Origin: Trichinella spiralis | Taxonomy: Eukaryota | Length of the DNA stretch: 64,000 nt | Direction of reading: 5' to 3' | Assembly: GCF_000181795.1 (NCBI RefSeq) | Contig: NW_003526941.1 | Span: 10,655,782-10,719,781, forward strand | Shown: positions 33,736 to 45,400 of the stretch, in pieces | Numbering within the stretch: position 1 is the stretch's first letter | How the letters are laid out: each line of letters opens with the position of its first letter | Position numbers and translations under genes: made by a program | The notes under the pieces: model-generated | The model's database searches: none | The model's input: only the letters and a program-made list of their open reading frames with translations | What the model was told of the DNA's origin: nothing

Positions 33736-36249
33736 AATGTTGTTTCAACACTGTTATTTGCATCAATGTTGATAGATTATACATTTGTATACTGTAACGC
33801 CGCCAGCATAAATATATACATATGTTGACATGTTTATAGTTGTTGAACACACATTTTGGAAATCAGTTATTACGTTTTCGATACATGTTGTACAATGCGG
33901 TTAGAATAAAATTTTCAGATTTGAATTATCTGATTTGCACGACCGTAAATGTGAGTTTTGCGATAATTAAATAGTAAAATAACGGCACTGCTGTTTACGG
34001 CTTGCTTACTTTTTGTATTATATACATTTAGATGCAATTTCAGATAATCGAAAACTGTAATAAAGGAACAGGTTATTATGCAGTTAGTTTTCTGGGATGA
34101 ATAACGCTGCGTGAGGGTTGTATTTTAATTATGCAAATGAATTTCTCTTCGATGACAACTATATTAGTATTTGCATTCTGTGTTTTCTACATTTATATAG
34201 ATTAAAAGTGTGATTGTGAATAGATATTGAGTTGGAAAATTTTCTAACATAATCAAATAGTATTGTGCCTATATTATATCAAATTTCACGACTAAATTAG
34301 CAAACACTTTGCAAAAAATTACATTATATATATATATATATTTCTTATGTATACGTTTATATTGAAATATTATGGCTTGTGGTGAGCTAAAGATGCAAAG
34401 CAAACAAACGGTTAGGTCACGCATAAGAATTTGCATGTTAATGAGACGAAGTTGATAAAATAATTTTACTTGACCTTCACTTTTAATATACACATATATA
34501 TAAATCTTCATTTCATTTAGTTTAATTAATCATCCCAATTTCATCTCATAGTCGAAAATTAAATAATCATTAATGCGATAACATTGCATCTCATATATCA
34601 CTGTGGTTGTTTCTACAGGTAACGGTGCCGATACAGTAGCAATTTTTTTGCATTTAAGATCGTAGAATAACATTAAAAACAGTTTTGGGTTTTCTTTATT
34701 GTTTTATTTTATCTAATTAATTTATATACATATTTGACAAAAACATAAACAGGAATAATGAAAAGGCATAATAAGTTTGTTGCTTTTTTTGCATATTTTG
34801 TAACTGATTACAAGAATAGCTCAAAATAAATATATTACATTTCTAATTTCTATCAGAAGGAAGTCATAAAATCTTATAAAATCGAGCAATTTCATGTCAA
34901 GCATAACATAGAGTTTGCAAATAACAACTTTAAAATGTTCTATACATGTAGCTGTCTATGATAAATGATATATTTATATATACACATATATATGTATGTA
35001 AAATGTTCTAATATTTCGCATTACTACTCATCTTGTTATATTTTTAATTCTTTTGCTATTATTATTAAAAAATGGTTGAAAGTATTGCTAGAAAATAAAT
35101 TTAATTTACTTTTCAGTTTTAATATTAATTTTTTAATTAAAGTGAAAGTATATTGTAAAAAAATAATAGGAATGCAAATTGTAATTGAAAGTAGTGTAAG
35201 CAATTCGTTATGCCTGTTTTTCAAGTAAATGTTATGTTTTGCCATTCCTCTGTTTTAGGCATACATTTTTCCTCTTTTCAAAGTGGTTGATCAAAGTCTG
35301 ATTGAAATGTTCACTAAACAATCAGTTCCTTTAAATTAATGAATGAATTTTGCTGAATATTGCGACATATTATTATCGTGCCAGTGCAGCCCCATTAAGT
35401 AAGACACTATTTTATACTTCTTTAATTTACGCCACAATATTATTTGTGATAGATAGTGGCTTTGATTATTATAATCTTTGGTGTTGGCTCATTACATTGT
35501 TATTATACGTTTTCAAGGCATACATGCATTTCTAGGTCAGAAGAGTAACTTTATGCAAATGTGATGGTAAGCACTGCCGTTGGCATTCTGCTACGTGCAC
35601 TTTGTGCTATTCAAATGCGGTAGCAGTGTTCCTTATATAAATTTCTGTTTATTGAGAGAACTGCACTATAGTACAAATGTTCGCTGCTGAAGGGCGGTCT
35701 AATTACTTACTGCATTGCGTTATTTGGTCATTTTCCTGGTTCAGTTCAACAAATACGTTGTGATTATTAGACTAAAAATATGAAGAAACCAGGAACATCA
35801 GTTACGTGTATGACTCTACGTTTGCTTCATACGTCATCCCTGACAGGTCTGCTGACAGGTATGAATTTTCATATATTTGCTATTTTTCATATCTTGTTTC
35901 TTGTTTCAATGTTTTCTTTCTTTCTCTTGGTACACTGCACTAAACATGCGCGCTTTTTAAACTTTTCGTAGTTGTTTGATTTTAGTCTTTTTGAATGGAA
36001 ACTAGCGCGTTGTTCTTTAGTAATGATGTTCAATTAATATTCGAGACTTTATTACTGCCAAGCCAATATATAATAGTAATTATGGTATATTTTGCTGGAA
36101 TTTTCAATAGTCCTTACAAATCCATTTGTAAAGTAGTACTCTGACATAGCAGTTGAACCCCTCCCGCATTATCTTTACTGGCCACTGTAATGTTTATTGC
36201 TAAGGTAACATATTTGCCCAGTTGTTTAAAGGAAATGTCTGTCACCAGG

Positions 36250-36535
36250 ATACTGCAGTGGCACTATTGCACCCCTAAATGCTTGTCACTACTCAAATCG
36301 TGCACAGGATTGTTTTAGCATGACATAAGAAAGCTGCTGTTAGCTAGAGAACACACTTTTATACTATCACCTTGGATTCTTTTAGAATGGCAGTAACGTT
36401 CCCTTCATTTTTGAAATCACCCCTTAAAGTTTCTATTATGTCATTGTACCGCCAATAGCACTGACTTATACAGATGCACCTATTTTAATGTCATTGAGAA
36501 AATAACTCAATGCCCATAAATGTTGCCAGTATTGA
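36250..36535 (-). mobile_element. Possible highly decayed PIF1-helicase fragment of a Helitron
   Basis: Minus-strand fragments ILATFMGI...GNVTAILKESKVIV*...HDLSSDK/AFRGAIVPL, broken by stops and frameshifts, follow the order of Helitron PIF1 motifs (A.SGIA...L....LI.WDE...DL.....FGG..V.L). Confidence 0.35.
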
Positions 36536-37679
36536 TAAATGAAGGAACGCCTGAATATTATACGCAAAGATTGAGTGGAAGAACGCATATGACAACTTCC
36601 ACCTCCTCCATCCTTCATCTTCTCCCTCATTCCTTCCTGCTATGCTGTCCCGCCCTCCTTTCCTTTCTAATGATCCCCATCATTGAGCTCGTAATAATAC
36701 TAAGCTGAACAGAGATCGCATTCAACTAAAAATGCTGCCCACCCCCTGTTTCGAGTTGAATGAACAGCACTTAGCTGTTTTCATCTCATATAAATCTAAT
36801 TTCTCATAATTGTTATCGACTAGCAATATAACCAAATCCAGGCTACTCGTGATTCTTTTGTTTTATTCTTTTCATAAAATCCAATACAGAATTATCACCC
36901 GCATAAGTTTCTTGAATTTATTGCAAATCGTTGAGTTACTTAATTTCTGCGATTAGGGTTTTTCTCACATTGTATGTGGCGCGCTGATGCAGAGCTCAAC
37001 CATGTTTGCGGGTTTACTATAAATCATCATAAGGTGTAAGCAAAAGTTTAGTTTAAACAAAATTTTAATAGTAAATAAGCTTTCAAGTAGCATACCCACT
37101 GGTGCAGCCGCTTACCATCATGATGTCTACGCTGCGCACTTGTTAAATTCTGTGCTGAGATAAATTGTATATTATAAAATTTCTGTCGCAGTTATCATCA
37201 CAAAATTTCATGACAACTGTTCAATTTTCCATAAATCTGGGAAAAGTATTCTATTTTCGTAACTATTTTCAGTGGAAACTATTTTTTATTATCCATATAA
37301 TTTTGATACGCAGTGATAGCATTTCCGTTTATTTTTAGTAATCTGCGATGCTTCAGGTTAATAATATTTCCTTTTAGGTAATTTTAGGGAAAAAATTTGC
37401 ATAACAATGCCATATTACGTAGTAATAGGAAGTGTGTAAATAAAAACGTAATAAATTTCATCGTCTCGTTTCATAATGTTGCTCATAATGTTTATTTTAC
37501 TGCGCTATTACTGATGGAAAATTAGGTTGTTCTTCCTGAGGCAAAGTAAATAGTCATTTGCATAATTTACTTAGTATTATACATCTAATCAGGGAACTTC
37601 GAATACACTAGGTTATTCAGTTCAATCATCATCATCAATCCGCACGTGGTCAATCATAATTCCGGTAGCAAACCAACCA

Positions 37680-37686
37680 CATATAT

Positions 37687-37718
<32 letters not shown>

Positions 37719-37730
37719 TTATATATAAAT
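37680..37730. repeat. (CA)n/(TA)n microsatellite
   Basis: Visible dinucleotide runs. Confidence 0.9.
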
Positions 37731-38059
37731 ACACGCAAACACACCCCTTTAAATATACGAACACTAGTTTCCAACCAACTAGCAACTACCAGTTGAATAA
37801 TCTGAAATATTCATTTCAACTTTAAACTAGCCAGCTAAGTAGCTACTACTTGGCTTTAGCTTAGCTTAACTGGTTAAAATAACTGAATGGTTGGCTGTTT
37901 GTCGACATGCTCTTTCAAACACCCACAAGCAAAACAACAATTAATAATCGCTTCATCCCATTTGACGATAAAAAATCGACAAGTCATCATCATCATCATC
38001 ATCATCATCATTTTGCATTTAAAATCGGAATTTCTTTTTTCTTATCAATTCAGATGGAA

Positions 38060-38069
38060 NNNNNNNNNN
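38060..38069. other. Assembly gap (10 N), ~50 bp after a (CAT)n run at 37985-38011
   Basis: Run of n characters in the sequence. Confidence 1.
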
Positions 38070-41000
38070 AGTCTTGTATGTTTGAATTGAGGTCTGAAAA
38101 TTCAAAAATTTCCTACATAAATGGAACTCATCGCAAAAAGCTTTTCACCAAAATATAGGCACTCAAACTGCTGATGCTGACAGACAAAATTAACCGGACA
38201 TAAAAATTTAATTTACCTAATGTCTCTGATTATCTAAATTTTGAAAATATAATATAAAGTTATAATATAAGTTAAATGATTCTGTGTACAAAAAACGGCA
38301 TTTTGGTGTCTTGCATAATAGAAAATACTGAGCGCTTAGTGATATTCGACCTGTTCTGTTCACAATAAAATTCAATGCCATAAGCAGGTGAAAATTGAAA
38401 CCTTCAACGAATTCTACAATTAAATCTAGTCGCCTACGTAAAATAACAAACTACAATGTTAATTTTTTGAAAATCTTCAACGTTGAACAATTTATAATCG
38501 AGAATTTTGTCCTAAGTGCTTCACAATTTTTGTGCATATTGAAATTAAACAGGCTTAAATACTTAAATATACATACATTCATGAGAATTTGTCAAGGAAA
38601 TATGTTTTGAAATTAAATTTTTACCTTGATCCTGTTTCTTTCATTTGCACTTTTGTTACGCACCATAGCAGTTCAGAGAAAATCACCCAAATGAAATTTT
38701 AATTATGCATGCAAGTTTACTTTTCTCTGATTGGTCTATTACTGTGTAACCTTATTATCAGTGATTTGGCAATCAATTTACAGTATGTTACAGAATTTTA
38801 TTTATAAGTTACATTTCCTTATTCCTATTTTGTTACAACAACGTATTTTTATTTGATTTTAAAATAATTTTTCTGTTTTCCACACTTCACCTGCTTGTTT
38901 TCCCGTCCATGATTTAAATTCTGTTTCACTCCATGCGATGAATATATCTAGTGGAAATTACAATTAACTGGGGCAAAATGCAACTCACCAAAATGGGTGC
39001 GATCTTATCGTTTAGGCCACCTTTTTTTGTGGCGTTGAGAATTATGATGAATCATTCTTTTTGAAGAAATGAAAATATAGTACGCAAAAAGTTCGTCTGG
39101 GTTGCGAGTAAAAAGCGCATTTGTTCGAACTCCACAAACCTTCATCTTCCAATCTACAATTACTTCAAATGTAGCTCACTACGTGACTGTAATCGGATCG
39201 TTACGCATGCCATGTCAGCCAAGCAAACAGAAAACTGTTCCTGTCCATGCAGTCATTCAAATAAAACCTGATTTGCATAATTTGAAAAACAACCCTCACG
39301 TGGTGTTATTAGACCTGAATTAAATGCATTACAACTCAACGCCATATTAGAATTTATAACGAAGCTTATTTTAATCATCCAGTCGATGTCACATCATGCT
39401 TTCCATTTGAAACGGTCACTGTTCTGAGACTGTGAAATGTTTTACATATTATATACTGTTGTGGTTATTCAACATCTTAAAGTGATTATTATTTACAAAA
39501 TGCTCGTTAACTCAGATGTAAAATTTTTTAAAATAACAGAAAAAGTATTTTTCAGTTTTATTAGCAAATTACCGATTCAATACCTATTCTTCGCTATATT
39601 CTGATAAACTGTAAAGCAATATAAAATGCAACTTACTGATGTTTTGTCCATCTGATCGTTGAAGTTCACTTTCATTTTGCTACTTCTTTCCATTGTTATG
39701 TTAGCCTACAATTCGTTCAAATGGAGCAGAAAAGCAAACAAATAGTAGTCGCATAAGAATTTGCATTTCAATCTCATGACTCTATCTGCATGGCAATCAA
39801 GTTAGCAAATCATACTGTGTTAAGGTCGTGCATATTATTAATTTATAGCACTTATTTTCCTACAATTCATTGCTAAAGATTCATCAGAATTTCAAAATCA
39901 TCATACTATATCATGCAATATCATTAAAAAAATTAATTATGCTCACGTCTTCAACTTGTTTTTAATATCTTGCGATTACAGATTTCAATTCTGTCCATTT
40001 CGATAACGTGTATCTGTAGTGCTGATTTTCAAACCACATAAATGTCAGAGTTATATTTGTTAATAAATGTATAACAATTGCACATATATCTGTTTCTTTT
40101 CTACATGTATAGAGTATCTAAAAGTATATAATGAACAAACAATCTCATCTAAATTTGACTGTACAGCAATGTTTGTTGTATATATTATACATATTAGCTT
40201 TCGGAAAACGATCGCTTGGCACAAGATGCTTTGAACACTTGTTTTCATAAACAATGTGTCCGTTTCAAATATTGCATTACAGATGTCGCGGCAATTTTTA
40301 AATAAATTTCACAACCATCTCTACAAATTAATGCAACTCGAATAGCAGCACAAAGGTACAATTTAAAATCCATACGACCCTATCTTCGATGCACAACGTG
40401 CTCACGTATGCATTTTTTCATTAAAATTTGATGTTGTTCAAATGAGAGAACAAAGTTTCGTTTGGAGTCAACATAATGTATCGTTGATTTCGATGATTCA
40501 TCGACAAAAACAATGCCTGTAAAATAATGAAAAATAAAAATTTGAAGCACTTATGGAAAATAATAATAACGAACCCTTAATCAGTTTGGATCAGGTTACG
40601 TCAGTAATTATTAAGCAAAACAAAAAGAGCTGGTCCAATTTATAATTATAATCGTGCGATAAATAGGCAAGTGAATTTAATGTACTGTTCAGATGTACCT
40701 GCTTACCTTACAGTATACTTGCTATCTTACAGTAGTAAATTTCAAATAGCAATAAAATACAGAAAAAAGGATAGTGAAAAAAGGATGCCATGGCAAATTC
40801 CCGTCTAAAAATGTATTAACAGTGCTGACGGGTTAAAACAAATGAAGCAAAACGTTTTCCATCAAGTGATGCTGTTGAAATTGATTTTTCCATAAAAAGT
40901 GTAGTTTTTTTGTCACGTTTTCAAAAATGCAAAGAGATTAGATCAATAAATGCATTCATACGACCAAAGTGAACACTTTATGCGCAATGTATAACCTGAA

Positions 41001-41129
41001 TCGCTAATCAACGTGAATTAGATGAAATGCACTGTCCGTCTAGAAAATTTGTTCTTGAAACATATTAAAGAATAAACAAACAAATACGTTCTTCCATTTT
41101 TCAAATAATAAATCTATAATCTTTTCAAA

Positions 41130-41525
41130 TTACGACGATGTACCAGTTGAAGGCGACAAATTGAAAGCTCCAAGTGATTCAGGTGTTCCCGGCGGTGTTT
41201 CGGTCACATCTGCCGACTTAACCCAAGGCTGACGACACATCGGACAATCTTTGACATCTGCCTGGGTGGAGTGCCACTGAGTGATGCAATGTTCGTGAAA
41301 ACAGTGCGTACATTCGCCCCATGCAATTGGGCACTGGTCGTACTGGACTTTGCAATCTGGACATGGGAAATCAAACGAATTGCGACAAATGCCGCAAAGT
41401 GGATCCTGCGTATCCCACTGCCAAGTTGATACCATGTTCCAATTCAAAATCTTCACCTTCAGACCAGTCACCGTGCTATCATCGGGGCTTTTTTCTTCTT
41501 CCTGTTGTTGTTCTTGTTCATGCAT
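41130..41525 (-). CDS. ANAPC11: Anaphase-promoting complex subunit 11 (RING-H2), single coding exon
   Basis: KVKILNWNMVSTWQW...CGICR..F...CPDCK....CP..WG.C.HCFH.HCI..W.......CPMCRQ.W is the APC11 pattern. Confidence 0.9.
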   Translation of the reverse strand: MHEQEQQQEEEKSPDDSTVTGLKVKILNWNMVSTWQWDTQDPLCGICRNSFDFPCPDCKVQYDQCPIAWGECTHCFHEHCITQWHSTQADVKDCPMCRQPWVKSADVTETPPGTPESLGAFNLSPSTGTSS

Positions 41526-41891
41526 TTTTCTTAGGACCCTGCAAAAAGCATATCAACTCACACATCAAGCATAGAAAAAAAAGGCAAAAAACTCAAAAAA
41601 AAGATGATAATTCAAAACAAACTGTTTTATCAGTGGGCAATTTTCCTCCACTGGAAAGATTGCTGATCTCGCAAAAAACAATCGCCAAGCGCTCCGGATC
41701 AACGCCGGCTTCTATCAAGCGTACACAAATCGCCAACGATTCACGATCCAAATCAACTTTAAGCAACTTCGCAATCCGGTGTAAGCCTAAAAATTTCGAA
41801 AAAAAAAACTAAATTATTAAATATCTTAAAAAACACTATACACACAGTTCAAACAATCTTCGCTCAGTTGTGAAGAAGGCAGTTCTTTCAT
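41518..41891 (-). CDS. MZT1: Mitotic spindle organizing protein 1 (MOZART1, gamma-TuRC component); absent from the ORF track
   Basis: Exons 41846-41891 and 41623-41786, plus a possible third exon 41518-41538, give MKELPSSQLSEDCLNCLHRIAKLLKVDLDRESLAICVRLIEAGVDPERLAIVFCEI..., matching the MZT1 motif L..I...L...LD.E.L.ICVRL.E.G..PE.L..V..E. Confidence 0.85.
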
Positions 41892-42433
41892 AAAAAATTG
41901 ACTCTACAAATCGTTGATAAAAAATTGAAATTAATTGAACTTGTGAACACAAGTCATACAGAAACAAGTACCAAGATCGGCGTCATCAATAACGCTATAA
42001 AAAGTAAATAATACAAGAATGGATTTTGAGGAAGATGCTTTTTACTACATTTGCCAACGCTAAATTAAAACAAATCAATGAAAAAAATCAATAAAAATAA
42101 TAGCCGCAACGAGATAAAATGCAAATGTCTGAATCGCACCAATGAACACACACGGCCAGGTAAAAAAACATTTCTCGAACTTTTCAGGGAAAGGCAGAAA
42201 AATAGGACGTCCATTTACTAGCAATCACTTCTCTGCTCTTCTACAAGCAAACATGAATGCAGCAAATTGAACAATAAAAACTTTTTCCTTCAATAAACTT
42301 GCTCCATCTAAAACGACATCATATTCCATTCTAAAATTTACATTTCTATTCAAAAAATTCAAATTCACCATAAATCACTTCATAAATAAAACAAACAACA
42401 ATTTACCGTCCATTTGATATTCAAAATATAATT

Positions 42434-45400
42434 TCATTCAACTTTTACAGCTCTTGGCTGTTGTTCTACGGGGCGAACTTCCAATTTGTAAGACTGAAAA
42501 TCAACTTCTTGTCGCAAAATTCCCGTCAAAATAAATTCTGCAGAATGAATATCTAAAAAAATAATACATATCAATAAAAAGTACTTAAATAAAATAAAAA
42601 AATAAAATAAACTCAAACTTACCAACACCAGCATCAAGAAGAGCTTGACAAATGTGCAAATCATTGTCGCAAGCAATGACCACAAACTGAGTGCCAATCT
42701 GAAGAACAGTTTGAAACATAATTTGAATTCAATATGTAAAATTTGATAAAGTTGTTACATCTTTCAACTGAAGCATCATTCTGCTCGATGGACACTGCCG
42801 GATCAGCGATCCACCTGCAGTACTGATCAAATCTCCAAGAACAGATGGAAACGGTTGAACACTGGGCGTGACGTAAAATAACAACTTCTAAAATGAGAAA
42901 GATTTTCAAAATAAAAAATTAAAATTAAAGCCAACTGCTTGAAAAAAGTTTAATTTGAAAAACAACAATCACTTCGAACAATTTCTTCTGTCTCGCACGC
43001 CAAATGCTCAACTTGACATTAAATCCGAAAAATTTTTCATTGCCTTCATCTTTAACAATAAAATCAACCGGATCTGCAAAACAACAATATAATAGTAAAC
43101 AAAACAACAACAACAACAACAACAGATTTACCCACAAACTGTTGCTGCTTGTAGCTCTGGCGTATCCAAATTGGACTGACGATGTATCTGCCAAGTGAAA
43201 TGCCCTCAAGCAGCTTACGAGTGCGCTTCAAATCTGCAGTAATCAAGTGCGTGCATTCTGACACCAGCTGCACCACCTTACCTCCCAGCCAGAGCACCTT
43301 CTGAAAAATGGTATTTTCAAAAAATTTCAATCCAAAAAAAATATTAATCATCAACAGCAATTGGACAAACTTTTTCAAGATGATTCACTTCCGCTTGGTA
43401 AAGCCCGGTGAAGCAAATTCGCACCTCTGCGACATTCTTCCCACATTTGGCAAATTCTGCACAACGTTTCTGAATATCCGCATCCGCTGGTGGTGGTGAC
43501 AATCTGCACAGCCGAAACATATACATCACATGCATATATATCTTTTTTTTTTCACTTTTCTTTCCTTACTTTATTCTTTTGTGGGGAAATATTTTTCCGT
43601 CATCATTTTCAATTTGAAAACGTTTCTTCGATGCATTTCTGCAAATTTCCATATCAAACAGCACCGGGTTTCGCCATGCATCTGACGGAATAATTTTAAA
43701 AAAAATTAATCACATTCTCAAATTTCATTCACGATAAAAAATTAATCATCCGTTCTTATTATTCAAAATTTTATTATATTTACAAAGAAAATTAAAAATA
43801 AATTTTTTTCTTACTCATTAACATCGGCATTGCTGTTGCAGTATCAATACGAAAAGGATCAAAGTTTGGTTGTAAGCTCAACTCTTTTGGTACAAACTGA
43901 TGATATTTTGCATTATTAATGTTTTGCAAAGCAGTTGTTTGCCCAAAGAACACTTCAGTAAGCCACTGAAGATTCACCACAGGTATTTTCCATTCTGCCG
44001 CTTTCATCACTTTTGGACCACAATATCTGCAATTTCATTAGAAAAATTTCACTTCGCAAATATCAAAAACAAAAACATACAAATAAATAATATTTCAAAG
44101 GTAAAAAAAATTGCTGAATTAACAATAATATATAAATAACGATCTATATGATATCGGTCCAGTTTTAACTTTCGCATTTATATTTGTAACGTTGCCCAAA
44201 ATCTTGGAAAAATCTAAAACGTTCTAACATTTTCTTAATAATAACTCGATTCCAAAAAGATATCTACAAAAGAAATCTAATAATAATAATAATTTACGTT
44301 TTCGCTACAAGTAGATGGTTGTGCCGACTAAAGTAAGCAGTGTAATGAGCACCGACGGCTAAGATCATCTGTTTCAGGCAAGAGCGCTCCTTGACTGGAA
44401 AACCGCTAACGGCAAAAATTTTTCCCTTGCAAGGTTTGTTGTCACCAAAAAATGAAGGAAAATGAATAGCTTTCCAAGGAGGAAGAAGCTTTTTGTTCAT
44501 AATCACGTCGTTCAACCACTGCGCTGTAACGCAACGTTTGTTGTCTCTGAGCGCCTGAAAGTTTTCAAATTGCTATATCATCTATCGTATAACTATTGAA
44601 ATATTGCCTGTTTATTACTACTACCTGCTGGACAACAGGATGTCGAAGAGATTCGCAAACCACATGAGTACACTTTGTGCTGTACATAATTTCCACATCC
44701 CCTCCGTGCAAATTGATCACAATCCGCCAATCGCTCACCTCCTTTTGGTCCAACGTGCGTTCGTAGTCAACAATCAAAAAAACACAACCAACAAGACATA
44801 ATTCTGGAGGAACTAAAAATAACCATAAGCCTCAGTATTTTTTTCCTGTGGTGAGTAAGTTGCATATTAATAATAATAAATTAGTTAAATACCGTCCACC
44901 CGAGGATCGTGTCCAAAAAACTGCATCGCTGGTGGTTGTGTTTTAACCGATTCTACAGATGAACTTGGTGGAAGCGCTTGTGTAAGTGGTCGAACACTGC
45001 GCGACTCTTTCAAGGAAGTTGTTCCCATTCTAGGCGAATACGGCTGCTGGAAATTTCTGGATTGAAACCGCTCGTTTGGAATCTGACTTCCAGCAACTTG
45101 CATAACTTGATAGGGCTGCTGCAAACTTGGCGGTACTAAACGTGGTTCCTTTTGATGCAATCCCATTTCCCCTTGCTGTGGTGCAGAAGCTAAATTTACA
45201 CCTTCAAAAAAACACTTTCCATATGTTTATAATATAATGCCACACAATTAAAGAATTCCACAAATTATTTCTATTATTATAGAAGATAACCAATAACATA
45301 TCATGAATATATACCTTGATATTGTTGCTGATTAGAAAGGGAATGCAACTGTTGAGGTTGTTGTTGTTGTTTTTGTTGCTGCTGATGCTGCTGTTGTAGC

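Noticed and set aside
40819..40835. CAGTGCTGACGGGTTAA resembling a piggyBac end (TTAA-CCC)
   Set aside because: No matching second terminus found in the window.
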